Part shown: piece by piece, positions 33,023 through 57,200 of the stretch
Numbering within the stretch: the first letter of the stretch is position 1
Layout: each line of letters opens with the position of its first letter
Origin: Cyanophora paradoxa CCMP329
Lineage: Eukaryota > Plantae > Glaucophyta
Direction: 5' to 3'
Assembly (NCBI GenBank): GCA_004431415.1
Contig: QPMI01000022.1
Location: 442,908-506,907, forward strand
DNA length: 64,000 bases
Program-made: the position numbers and the translations under genes
Notes under the pieces: model-generated
What the model saw: the letters and a program-made list of their open reading frames with translations, nothing else
Told to the model about the DNA's origin: nothing
Databases searched by the model: none

Positions 33023-34967
33023 CTAGAACTCCTCCTCGCCGTCGACCGCCGAGACTTGCTGGCCGAGCGCGTACGCCTCGAAGTCCTGCGGGGCGGGGCG
33101 GGGCGGGGCGGTCAGGAGGGGCGGCCCCGGCGGGGTCTGGTCGGGGCGGAGGGACGGGCGTACGTCGATCTCGTCCTCGACGTACGTGTTCTCGGCTCCC
33201 AGGAGCCGCGGCTCCTCCTCCTCGGCGCCGAAGATCGAGCTCAGCAGGCCCGTCACGCCGCCCGACTGCTGCTGCTGCGGCTGCTGCTGCGCCGCCGGCT
33301 GCGCCTGCGCCTGCGCCTGCGCCTGCGCCGCGCCCGCCGAGGAGTCCTGCGAGGCGCCCGTCCTGCGAGGCGCGCGCGTGCGCGCGTGAGCGCGGGCTGC
33401 GGCGGCGCGAGGCGGAGGGAGCTGGGCCGCCGCACCCGCTGCTGCCTGCGCGGTCGCGGCCGCTGCCGCGCCCGAGCCGGAGCCGGAGCCCGAGCCCGAG
33501 CCGGAGGCGCCGCCGAAGAGGTTATTGAAGAGGTTGTCGATCGCATTCGACGAGGAGGCGCCGCCCGACGAGGCGCCTGCACCCGCCTGCGGCTGCTGCT
33601 GCGCCGGCGCCTGCTGCGCCTGCGCCTGCGGCTGCGCCGTCTCCGCCGCCGGCTGCTGCGTTGTCTGCGCCGCCGCCGGCTGCTGCTGCTGCTGCTGCTC
33701 GGGCTGCTGCGTGGAGCCGGAGCCGCCGCCGACGAGGGAGGAGAGCTGGCCCCAGCCCCAGCCGAGGGCCTGCTGGGCCCCGCTGGCGACCGCGTCGGCG
33801 GCCCCCTTCGCGGCGCCCTCGACGCTGCTCGCCGCCTGCGAGGCGCCCGACGCGAGCGCGCTGCCGGCCTCCGAGGCCAGGCTACCCGCCTTCTCCGCCG
33901 CCTGGGACGCCCCGCTCGCCACCGCGCCCGCCGCCGCTGCAGTCGCCGACGGCAGTCAGGCGGCTTCGGAGCGAGAGGAAGAGCGAGAAGGGGCTCACTG
34001 TTGACGGCGTTGGTGGCCTCGGTGGCGGCGCTGGAGGCTGCCTGCGTGATCGCGTTGCCGGCGTCGCTCAGCGCCGTCGAGGCCGCCTGGTAGGCCGAGT
34101 TCGCCGTGTTGGCGATGGCGTTCCCCGCCGAGTCGATGGCCGAGGACGCGGCGTTGACCGCGCTGCTGGCGGCGTTCTGCAGCGCCTCGCCCGCCGAGTT
34201 CACCGCCCCCGCGGCGGCGCTGCCGGCGCTCTCCGCGGCGCTCCTCACCGCGTCGATAGTCTGCTGCACCTGGTTGCCTCCATCCTGGCCGGCGTTGCCG
34301 CTCGGCTGCTGCTCCTGGGCTGGCTGCTGCGCTGCCGGCTGCGCCGCGCCGCTGGCCGCGGAATCGCTGGCCGCAGTGCCGCTGGCCGCGGTGCCGCTGG
34401 CCGACGAGTTTGACATGTTCAAAAGGGAGGGGAGCTTGAGGTCGTTCACGGCGGACTGCTGCTCGGCGGCGGATCAGCGCTAGAGGGGTGCGAAAGGGGC
34501 GAGGAGCCTTGTCGGACGAACCACGGCCTGGGCGCCCGACTGCGCAGCCGACTGCGCGGCGGAAACGAGCTCCTTGACGCCGTCGACCGCCGCCTGGCCC
34601 GCGGAGGAAACGGTGGAGGCGACCGACTTGAGGTCCTTGGACCTGCTGGCCTGGGTGGATTCGGTGGATTCTCCCTGCACATCCCCGACGCTGCGGGAAA
34701 CGACGTTGCTCGATTCGCTTGGTGTGGCGGATTGCGCCGGGTCTCCACCAGTCTTCGGGGCTTGCTGGTCCGCGGTGCGCGGGGCTGTTGTCGTCTCCGT
34801 CGTCTCCGGCTTCGCCTCGACTTCCGCCTCGGCCGACCCTGCCTGCTGCTGCGCAGCGGCCTGCTGGCCGACGATCTGCGGTGCGGGTTGGCGGCAGGAG
34901 ACGCACGGGAGCTGGGCGCGTAGGGAACGAGACCCACCGTTGGCGACTCGGGCGGTACTTTCGGCAT
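33023..34967 (-). CDS. Low-complexity Ala/Ser/Gln-rich protein (multi-exon, start uncertain)
   Basis: Exons with AASSAVNAASSA and QQQP repeats, ending in acidic DFEAYALGQQVSAVDGEEEF*. Confidence 0.55.
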
Positions 34968-35902
34968 GGATTACGGTTGGAAATGAAGTGTAGACTCGAC
35001 AAAATCGCTCAGGCCGGCGGGCTGCTGACTTCGAGGAGGTACGAGCTCTTTTTCAGTGCCGCGTGCGTGCTATGTGCAGGCAAGACGATGGTGGTGTCCG
35101 TTCAGGTGTGCTGGTGCCTTCGATGCGCTCGGGGGCCGGCTTTTCGTGCCGTGGTCTGGGCTCCTAGTCTCCTCTTTGTTCAGGGGGGTACGCGGCGAAG
35201 AAGGTGAACGAGCCCCTATCAGGGATGCACGCATGCCGCGCCGCCGACCGCGGCCGGCGCTCTATATTGCTAGATCTCTCGGAATCCGCGTCGCGGCCGC
35301 GGCGCGCGGCCGCCGGGCCGCCCGGCGGCCGGGCGCTCTGGCTGGCCATATGCATGGCGCGCGCTAGCGCTGCAGCTGGGCTGCAGCTAGCGCTGGCCAT
35401 GGCTGCTGCTAGCGCTGCGCGCTGCGCATGCATATGCCAGGCGGTTAGGTTGCAGAGACGCCGAGCCGCGGCCGCTGCGACTCGGCGACGCGCGGCGCGC
35501 GCGCGTCGCTGTACATGCACAGCTGCAGAGCTCGCGATGCATATGGAGCAGGCGCTGGCGGCCGCGGCCGCGAGCTCGAGTCCCGCCGGGCCGCGATATC
35601 GATACTGCACATGTCCGGTGCCGGCGCCGGGCCCAGGCCTAGGCCTAGGGCGCCGCGGGGACGTCCGTGATCGATCTAGATCGAGACGAGCGCGCGGTGC
35701 GCATGCCGCACTGCGGCAGTGCGGACGGTCGGCGCCGCCTGCCGGGCCAGCACCGTACGCGTGGCACCACTGCGCCGTACGCGTGCACGTAATTCCGAGT
35801 TCGATCGCGAGATGGTCGCCGCGGCCGCGGCGCCGGCGCGCGCGAATCGCGATCGCCGACTCGACGTCGACGCGACGACGTCCGACGGTCCTAGCTATAG
35901 CT

Positions 35903-37278
35903 TTTTTTTTTTCACAAAGCCCGGCTGGGCGTTTTTGTATTGGTCAAGAGCCACATATGTAACCCCCGCGCGGGTATGTCCCGCGCTGGGTCAGTCGTTG
36001 CTAGTAGGGCTGGAACCTACCCTAACTGCTTACGCGACGGCGCCTCCAGGGGGGGGGGGGGAGGGGGGCGCCGGCGACGTGAGGGGTGGGGCGGTGAGAG
36101 GGGGGGGGGTCACGGGGGCGGGGGCCGCGGGTGAGGGGGCCTGGGGGGGAGAGCATGGGGGGGAGGGGCTTGGGGGGGGGGCTTGGGCGTGCCCGTAGGG
36201 GGGCTTGGCGGGGGGGGCGGAGTGGGCTCTGAGCCGGGCCAGGGGGGCGTAAGGGGGGGCGGAGGGGGCCGTGCGCGCGGGGGGAGGGGGGTGGGGGGGG
36301 GGTGCGCGGGTTCCTGTGAGGAGCATGCGTGAGGTCATGGGGCGGAATCGTGTGCCGGGCGTTAGGAACGGGGGGGGGGGGGTAGCAGGGGGTTCGTAGG
36401 GGGGGTGAAGGGAGCGTGGGCATTGACACATACCAGAGAGAAAAGAAATGAAAGGGAAAGGTGGAATATTAGAAAGGGCTTTGGTAAGAAATGAGAGAGA
36501 GAGAATGGGGGACCGTATACGTATGCAGGGTAAGAGGGGTCAATTGGAAAGGGCGGGGGCCGCGCGCGCTAGAACTAGACGTGGGGTGCACGCGGTCACC
36601 GGGTGGGGTACACGGGGTGGGGACGTGGCCAGGGGGGGGGGACTTGGCGGGGTACGCGTTGCGCCCAGGGCGGCCGGGGGGTCTTGGGGCTGGGCCAGCG
36701 CTAGTGGGGGGAACCTGGGGCGGAGCCGACGGGGCCGGGCAGGCGACTTGCTGGGGGGGGGGGCAGCGGCGGCCGGGGAGGCCGTTTCAGCTTCTTGGGA
36801 GGCGTTGGCGGGGGACGGGAGGGCCAGAAGCCTCGGGCGGGCGGAACCCCTCAGGCTCGGACCCCGCGGGGGAGGTCGCCATCGGCTCCTGCAGCCCTAG
36901 TGGCCCGGGCCGTGGGACGGGACAGCCATGGCGGGCCCTATCGGTCGCGGCGGAGGACGGGGACTCGGCGTCGAGGGCGAGTTCCGCCACATTCGAAGCG
37001 GTGGCGGGAGACCATCGGCCGGCAACGGCCTGTCTGGGAGCGTGAAGGAGGGCGCCGAAGGTGATTCCGGAGAGCGAGGAGGACAATGCGGCTGGACGCT
37101 GCGGTCGGGCTGGCCTACGGAGCTAGTTCGGTCGTGCGGGGTCGGAGGGCAACGCTGACGCGAGTTTTGGGCACGGCTGTGTCCCTGCAGCGCTCGCAGG
37201 CACCGGAATTCCGGGAGCCCCGCTGCGCCGGCCTACTCGCTCGCGCGTCGTGCTTTTTTCCGTACCCCTCTCCGCGTC
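35903..37278 (-). mobile_element. Non-autonomous non-LTR retroposon with poly(A) tail and 15-bp TSD
   Basis: GTCCTAGCTATAGCT at 35888-35902 and 37279-37293. T-run (poly-A on minus strand) abuts the left copy. 3' hairpin GCGCGGG-TATGT-CCCGCGC. No RT ORF. Confidence 0.8.
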
Positions 37279-39061
37279 GTCCTAGCTATAGCTATATATA
37301 TAGGTCTAGTTCCGTGATCCCGGAGTCCGCCGTGCGCTGCACTGCGGCATGCGCGCGCAGCTGGCACTGCAGCTGCCTGGCCATGGCAGGCAAGCGCTGT
37401 ATCATACTATGATAGTATACGTAGGCCGTACCGTAGTACTACGGTACTGCAGGCAGTGGCAGCCTGCAGGCTGCAGGCACTGCATGGCAGCCTGGCATGC
37501 GCACTGGCAGTGCGCATGCTGGTACATGTGCATGCTACGGTAGAAATTAAATGGTTGCGATCGCCCGGCGGCCGCGTGGCGGCGCGAATCATTTGCCAAG
37601 TTGAATCGCGCCGCGCGCGCTCTGGATCCGAATCATCCGATCCGCCGTACGCGTGCGCTGCGCATACGGCCGGCGGCTCAGCCGCAGTGCGCATGCAGCT
37701 GGCAGAGCCTGGCACCGTGGCACGTGCATGCGCACTGTGCACCGTGGCCCAGTGGCGCCGGCAGTGCCGGCGCCACGGTGGTGGCACTGCCTGCGCATGC
37801 GCATGCCGCTCACCGAGTCATGATCAGCGGCTGGCCATGCATATGGCATATGCATGCCGCAGTGCGCACTGGCGGCGGCAGCTGCCGCAGTGCAGGCTAG
37901 CGATGTATACGTAGGCCGTACTATAGCTACGGTAGCCTAGTAATTATAATGCACTGCAGCCTGCAGCTGCGCATGCAGGCACTGGGCCACTGGCAGCCTG
38001 GCACTGCCGCAGCTGGCAGTGCTGGCACTTGAATTTTAGTCTTGAAATCGCCACGCTGTAAATGTGCTGGCAACCTTAAGCTTATCGCCAGTTGGCGAAC
38101 CACCTGTACCCCCCACAAAAAAGGCCGCGTGCCTGAAATTCGGGAGCGCGCGAGCGATCTCAGCGGATCGCTGTAGGCGTAGCCTCTCCCAGACCAGCCA
38201 GCCAGCTTCCAGCCGGAAGCTTAGGCCCAGCAGCCTTGACTAGGTGGGCGTGTTGTCACTCGCAAGCTTGACCATTAGCCCCATTATCGTGCCCGAGCTC
38301 ACGGTTGACAACTGCAGTTCGTTGCTGGTAGCCCGTCCAAGCGTCTTGTCCCGTTTCGGTTATCTTTGGCGTCCCTTTCTGGAGGAACTTCGAAGGTCGG
38401 CCAGCGTGTCGTGCTCCGAAGGCTTAGGCGCTCGATGTATCGGCTGAGAGCATCCTTTACATTCATTTGCATGTCTCTGACGCGCCGCGGACGCAGGAGT
38501 GCGGACCGTGATTGAATCGGCTGTCTACCGAGTCCAGCGTGCACGGCAGTCTCTGCTCTTTCGGGTTCGTCCAAACAGAGTCATTCGTGATGCTCTAGAT
38601 CTTACAGAGTCCGTCGGGAGCATGCGCTCTGCAGGACTTGTCATGCGTTGGAAGTTGCCGAGTAGCCAGGACCCAACGACGCATGCATCGGGCGCTGATG
38701 AGTGTCTTCTGTGCGTAGTGCAGGTGGAGAGCACTCCAGCGCCAGTTGGCGCCCGAGTTCGGAGTCCCGCGCCCTCCCCGAGTGGCCGCTGACTGTCCGT
38801 CCCCTGCCTACCTATCCATCTTTGCCGCCCTCGGGCTGTGCTTACGGGAGTGCGCTTGCAGTCGGACCGGTGTTACGGGGTCGGCCCATCGTAACACTCC
38901 GGTTAGCGCGAAGCTCAGCCGAGTCGGCTCTCACGCGCCCTGCTCACGCGTGTCTCAGGGCTTGCGTCGCATGATCCCGGAGATGGTAACTGATGCAAGA
39001 TAGACAGATCGCATCACAGGCCATGCCTAACAGAGTTCCGCAGTTGAGGCTACACTCCACT

Positions 39062-47143
<8,082 letters not shown>

Positions 47144-47796
47144 TCCGGCCCGGCACGCGTGACGCGCGCCCCGGGCGCGCGCCCGTCCGCCACCAAACAC
47201 CCCCCTCACCCACCCCTCTCCCCCTGCGCCGCGCATCGCTACTTTGTTTAGCCCATATTCGCTTCAGTTGTTGCATGATTAGGCAGGTTTTGCGCCTCGC
47301 ACCGCTTTCTCCATCTATTTTTTCAAAGCGTACGTCGTGTATCTCGCTCCTCTGGAGCTTATCTTGCAGCACGTCGACGGTGACCGCCAGCAGCCTTAGG
47401 CACAGCGCCCACCATTCGCCCAGTATACAGCTTTAGCCTGGCCCTTCGATATACGTGTTTACTTTGATAACGATGTATTTAGCAGTGCATTGAGCCAGTT
47501 TGCGGCTGCAGCCGCGCGCCTTGGCCCTCGCTGGCAGAGACACTGCTCAGCACCTTGTGGGCCCCTTCCGAAGTTCCGCTGCTACGGACGCTGCAGTCCG
47601 TCCCATTACAAAGCATAGAATCGATATCATGAGTGCATTGTCCACATATGCGTATGCAGAATCCTCTGAAGAGGAGTCAAATTTGATCTGGAGCTGCCTG
47701 AGCGCCGTGTCTACCCCTAAACGCCCAGGTTGAATTCCGAGCGCGCGCGCAGCCAGCGCTGGCAAGGCAGCTCAGCGCTAGCGTATAGCTCGAGCG

Positions 47797-48929
47797 ATGG
47801 AGTCAGTGGATCCGGCCACGCGCGAGCGGCTCGAGCAGCTGCGGGCGTGGGATGGGCTCTTCGAGACTCTGTACGCGGCGGCGGCCGGCGTGGCGGCGGA
47901 CAGCGACGCGCTCGCAAAGTTCACAGGCGGCAATGATGGAATGCAAGAACTCGTGAGCGCTGCGCGCGCCAAGCTCAAGCAGATGCGGGAGTCGATGGAG
48001 GTCGGTTCGGGCGGGCGAGGGCTTCGGGGCGCGGTCGCTCACGCATTTCGACAGGAGCTGGAGGTCGAAGCCGAGGCGCAGGAGCGGGAGGCCGACAGCG
48101 TGTTCATCCTGGAGCTGCTCAACAAGGCCCGCCGATCGCTGAATGAGTGGGCCCCTCGTCGCGCCTCTGACCGGCGGCGCTTGACTCGCTCGGGCGAAGT
48201 TTGCAGGATCGCTTGCGGGAGGCGATGAAGCAGTACTCGGAGAACGTGCGCGAGCAGCGGATCAAAGAGCGGGAGGCGCTCCTGTCGGGGGCGACGTCGA
48301 GCGAGCTGAGGCGAAGAGAGCCGTGCGCGCCCGCATTCGACGCCACGCGCATGCATTGCAGGGGCAGCTCGAGCTCAGAGGAGCGGCAGGCGCTCGGGGG
48401 AGGACTCGCTGGCGCAGGCGCAGGAGGCGACGGACGGCCTGCGGCGCACGCGGCAGATGCTCGCGGAAGCAGTGTCGCAGGGCTCAGCGACCATGGCTCT
48501 TCTGGGTGCGCGCGAGGCGCAGGGACGACGCTCCGCCGCGAAGCTTACTTACGCCCCTGCAGACCAGTCCTCGCAGACGCTCCGGGCGACGGGTGCGAAG
48601 CAGGAGGCGGCGAGCGACTCGATCGGGACCGCGCGGGGACTCATCACGGGCCTCGAGCAGAAAGAGGCCAGAGACCGAGCCATGATGGTACGCGCACAGC
48701 GCCTGCCGGCGCCCGCGCCCGCGCCCGCGGCGCTCGCTCACGCCCGCCCCGCCCCGCAGATGGGCGCCTTCGCGTTCTTCGTCTTCGTCTGCTTCTACAT
48801 CCTGTGAGCGCCGCCGCGATCGATATCCTGGCCTGTCCCCCGGACGGCCCGCGAGCTTGCTAACTCCCGGGCAGGTACAGGAGGCTTCCCTCCCTCGGCC
48901 TCCTGTCCTCCTCGCCCGCCGCGCCCTGA
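47797..48929 (+). CDS. SEC20: Sec20/BNIP1-like ER SNARE
   Basis: EREALL...LRRR, ATDGLRRTRQML..V, SSQTL, ARGLITGLEQKEARDR, and C-terminal TM AFAFFVFVCFYILYRRL after splicing. Confidence 0.75.
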
Positions 48930-48989
48930 GCGCGCCAGCGCTGTTGATTCGCCTTCTGAGAGCGTTTGAAACATTCGCACGATCTGAGC

Positions 48990-51600
<2,611 letters not shown>

Positions 51601-51995
51601 CGGAATTCGAATGCGTATCTTCCGGATTCGAACGCGCGACACGCAAGTGACGGCGCGCGCGGCCGGGCCGCGGCCGGGCGCCGCGCCGCGGCTCGCGTTG
51701 CCTGGTCATGACATGCATGTCCGATCCCGCGCCGCCCACGGCAAGCTGCCAGCTGCAAGTACTGCTAGTACGGGCTTCCGAAGTTCCGAAGTTCCGAAGT
51801 GAAGCCCTCGAAGCTCAGCTGCAGACGGTCCGACTCGAGAGAAGACGGCCAGTGGCCACTGGCCAGGCCGAGGGCGAGCGGCCAAAAAGAGCCTTATAGC
51901 TACTGAGTTCCGGACGGACCCGTCACGCGTGCGGCGTGATTCGGGAGTGAACTTAGAAATTCCTACACGAGATACACCTGAATAAGCATCCTAAG

Positions 51996-53149
51996 CTACA
52001 TACTGCAGTGGAGACTCGAGATCTGGGCGCACGGCGACTCTCGATTAAATCCAGCCGAACGTGCTCCTGTCCGCGAAGCTCGCGTCCTGCGAGCGACGAC
52101 AAGTCTCGAGCTCAGCGCGCGGCGACCGTCAGTAGACATCGCCTCGCTCACCTCGGACGAGAAGACCGCGCCGGCGAGCGAGCCGTCCGCGTCGCAGAAG
52201 GGGCCCTCGCCGTGTGCCCCCGCGTCCTCCGCCGCGTCCTCTGCGAACGCTGCTGCGCTCTCCTCCGCCTGCGACAGCGGCAGCGGCAGCTTGAGCGGCC
52301 AAGCCGCGGCGATGCCGGGCGGCCCGGCGGCGGGGCGGGGCGGGGCGGGGCGGCCGCGGGGCGCGGGGCGCGGCACCTCGTGAATATCGGTGTCCGCCCG
52401 GTACGCCTTCTGTGTTCCGCTGATCGACGTGAACTGGGGCTTCTCGAACACCGGAACGACCAGGTTGCTGCACTCCGTCTGCGCAGCGTCCGGGGGCGGT
52501 CAGCCGCGCGGCCCCGCGGCGGCCGGGCTGGGCCAGGCTGCGGCGGCGGAGCGCGGGGGCCGCTGCCCGGGGGCGCGCTGCTCGCCTTCTCGAATCCCGC
52601 CTTCGTCATCCACTTCTTGTCCACGCTCTTGCCGCCCAGCGCGAAGCACTTGTCCTTGAATGACTCTCCGGCAAACTTGTCCTCAAGCACTTTGCCTGCA
52701 TTTGGCGGTCAGCTCTGGCGTCCAGGGGCGCAGAGCGACCGCCACGGGCCATGCACCTTTGCATCTCGGTTCGGAGTAGCATTTCTGGTTGGCGGCCCGG
52801 CGGCGGCAAGCGGCGTCAGCGACCTGACAACGCGGAGGCGCACACGCACGATGACCGCGGGACCCGCGCACCTTCTGCGAATCGAAAGCGTGTTAGTGGT
52901 CGTGAGATGCATGAGCCGGGCGATACTGACCGGAAAGCCTTTCAGGCACTGCTGTGGTTGGGCAGGAGCCGCAGGGGCAGCCGCGACCGGCTGGGGAGCT
53001 CCGGGATATCCATACGGTGGATATGTGTACGGTGCAGCAGGCGGAACTGCAGCGGGTGGCGGCTGGGCCGCTAGCATCGCCGGCGTTCCGGTGGTCGCCG
53101 GTGCGCCGCCGGGCGGCGGGGGCGGCAACTGCGGCGCTGCTGTCGCCAT
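51996..53149 (-). CDS. Hypothetical multi-exon protein (Pro-rich N-terminus, Cys-containing middle)
   Basis: Coding-like exons (CLEDKFAGESFKDKCFALGG, VFEKPQFTSISGTQ) bounded by splice signals. No family recognised and boundaries uncertain. Confidence 0.45.
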
Positions 53150-54225
53150 TGCTGATTAGAACTCGCCTCCCTGCCGACTGCCCGCTCTCTGCCGAGTCGT
53201 GTGCTGCTGATGAACTTCACCACCGCGTTGTGGTCAGAGCGGGGGTACACGCGCTTAGAGGGAAGAGACGGGTACGAGAACATTTCCCACCGCGTCGGCG
53301 CGCGGCTGGCTGCGGCCCGTCCATGGCGCCGCCGCTGTCGCTCAGCGTGACCAGCGTGAGGTAGACGGCTGGCGCGCCGAGCGGCGGCGTGAAATGGGTG
53401 TCGAGTTGGCGTTCTCGGCGGCGGTCCTCGTTGCCGGCCATTCCGTAGGAGATTCAGGAGCGCGCGCGTTAGGGGATTGCTTCTATGTTGTCTCCGGTGC
53501 GGCGAGGAGCTCCGCGGGAGCGGCCGCGGCGACGTCGGCTGGCCGCAAAGTCGGCCGGCTTTCGCGCAAAGCCCACGCCGCCACGCGCCGCAGCGTTAGT
53601 GAACGCGCGGCAGCCTTGGCGTGGCACACTGGCGCGGCGACGTGTTCCGTCAACACGTGGACGGCGCCCGGCCCCCGCTCCCTTGCTTGGCGCTGGAGCT
53701 CATCGGCGCTTTCTCATTTCGTTCCGCTCCTCATCTCCTCGCAGTCGAGTCGCTAGATGGCGGGTCTTTTCCACATGCAGGGAAGCTCAGGTCTTTCCGT
53801 CGACCTTTGCTTGTCAGGCGTAGTGCCTTTCTTGCCCTCCGCTATACGTGGGTCTTCCCTAGGGCGGACTTCCACGTCTGGAGGGTGTTTGCGCGCTCTG
53901 TTTGCCTTCATCGGTCTGCGTAGGGCGCCGGGCTTTTTCTGCAGGTGTATCTTTCGGCCTCTCGCCCCATTCGTAGATATGGGACGTAGATAGAATTTCT
54001 CATCACTTAGACAGAGCACAGCACTCGACGGTCCTCAGTGTTATCTAGTCGGAGAGATAAATTGGGCGATGTGAAACTCCTAGTAGTTGTTGTTTTGTGC
54101 TAATGCAAATCCTTCTCACACGCGCTTAGAGGAGGGGGGTCGATACACAGCGGGTACACCAGAGCTGAAGAAGCGCTTGGCGGCGGACTGCCTGTAGCTA
54201 GCGGATGCCTAGCTAGCAGGAGGAG

Positions 54226-57200
54226 ATGGCGACCGCGCCAGCCGTGCGGTCAAAGATAACGCCGCTGCCGGATCCGGACGACCCGCACGATGTGGAGGTC
54301 GCACGGCCGCCGGGTGTACAGCCCGCGGAGGTTCTCCGGGCGGCTAGCGGCTCCTCGAGCTCACAGAGCGTCAAGCCAGCCCCTCAGGCACCAGCCGAGC
54401 ACGCTACGCAGTTCCGAAGGGTCCTGTTCAACGATGCGGCCGCGAACGCTCTGCACAAGTTCTGCAACAACGTGCGGGAGCTCCAGGCCCCTTGGCGTGG
54501 CCGCCCCGCTGAGCAGCTCCGCAGGTCATCATCACGTCCAAGTACACGCTGCTCAACTTCATCCCCAAGAACCTGTTTGAGCAATTCCGGCGCATAGCCA
54601 ACATCTACTTCCTTATCATCGCCATCCTACAGGCTTGCCCCCAGCGGGCGCATGCGCAGGCGCCTTGCGGCGTTAGCTAACGAGCCCTTCGACCCCCGCA
54701 GGTCTCCACCGACCTCTCCCCAACCTACGAGTACTCCACCCTGATCCCACTATGCATCGTGCTTGGAATTACCGTGCGTGCCGCCCCCCCGCACCCGCCG
54801 CCACGCACGTAACCGACCGCGGCCCTGCCGCCCGCAGATGATCAAGGAGGGATACGAGGACTGGGTGCGTGCCTGCCGCCGCAGGACGGGCCGTGCGCCT
54901 CTCTCCTGCCTGCGGCATCCGACGCGCCCCGCAGAAACGCCACAAGTCGGACCACAAGGTCAACATGAGCGTCGCGAAGGTCCTCCGCGGCGGCAGCTTC
55001 GAGGACGTGCTCTGGAAGAACGGTGCGCGGCTAATGCAGCGCAGCGCGTCGCGGCGCGGCGCGGCTAACCCGCGCCGGCGCAGTGGTCGTGGGCGACATC
55101 GTCCTGGTGGAGAACAAGCACGACTTCCCCACCGACCTGCTCATCCTCGCATCCTCCGAGGAGCAGGGCGTCGCCTTCATCGAGACCTCCAACCTGGACG
55201 GGTCCGCTGAGAGAGCTTTGCCAGGGAGAGCTCGGCGCCTGACTGGGCCGGCCGCCGCGCAGGGAGACGAACCTGAAGATCCGGTCGGCCCTGGACGCCA
55301 CCGCCGCATACACCTCCCCCGAGCAGATCGCCACCCTCCGCGGTCCGTTTCCCATCCTTTCTTTCCCTTCCTTTCCTCGTCTTCTTTCTGATGGATGGCC
55401 TGGCAGGCTCCGTCGAGTACGAGCTTCCGAACAACAAGCTGTACAACTTTGACGGGACGCTCCGCCTCGGTGACGACCGGGCCGTCCCCATCGACATCAA
55501 GAACATCGCGCTGCGCGGCGCCGTCCTCCGCAACACGCACTGGATCTACGGGCTCGCCCTCTTCACGGGCAAGGACACGAAGCTCATGCAGAACTCGCGG
55601 GCGGCGCCCTCCAAGCGGTCCAACGTCGAGCGGACCGTAAACATCCTCATCGTCATCATCTTCTTCTCCCTCTTCGCCCTCTGCTCCGTCTCCACCATCG
55701 TCGGGTGCGCCCCCTCGGCCCTTCGGCTTGTCTATCCTCTTTTCCCCTAAGGCCCGCGCAGGTCCTTCTGGGTCAACCAGAACCAGGAGACCTGGTACCT
55801 CCCTTTCCTCCAGGGTGCGTGTACCCCCCTACTCCCTCCCACTTCCGCCCGCCGCGGTGCGACGGCCCGGGGGCAGGCCAGACGGGGGGTACCACCGCCC
55901 TCTACTGGATCACCTTCCTCATCCTCTACAACAACCTCGTACCCATCTCGCTCTACGGTCCGGCCCCGCCCCGCCCCGCCCCGCCCCGCTCTGCCCCGCC
56001 CTCTCTCCCTTCCTAGCAACGCCCAGCGCTGCCTAGCTAGCTAGCGAGCGAGCGAGCGAGCGCCCATAGAGCCTCCCCCACGCCCCCAGCCCTCCCTCCC
56101 TTACTCTTCCTTTCCTTTCCTTCCCCGCGCAGTCTCCATGGAGCTGGTGAAGCTCTACCAGGCGCAGCTCATCGATTCGGACGAGGAGGTCCTTTCTTTC
56201 TTTCTCTTTCTTTCTTTCTTTCTTCTATCTTTCTTCTTTATCTGAGACGCCTCCAGATGTACAACGCGGAGACCGACACGCCGGCGCTCGCGCGGACCTC
56301 CAACCTGAACGAGGACCTGGGCCAGATCCAGGCGAGCAAGCCAGCCGAGGAACTACTACTCTCTAGGCAGTTCCTTGCCCTTTTTGACGCCCCGGTTCCG
56401 CACCGCAGTACATCTTCTCGGACAAGACGGGCACGCTGACGAGGAACGAGGTGCGCGGCGCTCGCGTTGGACGAAGCAACGCTCGGCCCGACGCGCCGCG
56501 CCGCGCAGATGGAGTTCCGCAAGTGCACGATCGGGGGAGTGGTCTACGGCGCCTCGCTCCACCCGGAGGACGACGCGCCGAAGCCGGCGCCGCGCAAGGG
56601 CGACCCGGGCGAGGCGACCGGCGGCGGCGGCGGCGGGCAGCTGCAGCCCCCCGGGACGGCGACGGCGACGTCGAAGGAGATGGCGCCGGGAGCTCTGACC
56701 GTCAAGGCGGTCGACGAGGGCGAGGGCTCGGCCCCCGCGGACCCGGCGGAGCCCGAGGCGGCCGGCTTCCACTTCACGGACCCCCGGCTCCTCCAGCACC
56801 TGCGGCAGGGCGCCGCCCCGGGATCCTTCTTCGGCTCGCACCCGAACGCGCAGCTCGTGCACGAGTTCCTCCTCTGCACGGCCGTCTGCCACACCGTGAT
56901 CCCCGAGCGCGCCGAGGGCGGCCGCACGGTCTACCAGGCGGCGAGCCCCGACGAGGGGGCGCTGGTGCACGCCGCGCGCTGCCTCGGCTACGCCTTCGTG
57001 GGGCGCACGGCCAAGGGCGTCCAGCTGAGCGTCGGCGGCCGCGAGGTCTTCTACGAGACGCTGAACGTCTGCGAGTTCAACTCGACGCGGAAGCGAATGT
57101 CCGTCGTCGTGCGCGCCCCGGACGGCCGCGTCGTGCTCTACACCAAGGGCGCCGACTCGGTGATGCTGGAGGGGCGCTCGGCCCCGTGCGCCTTCGGCGA

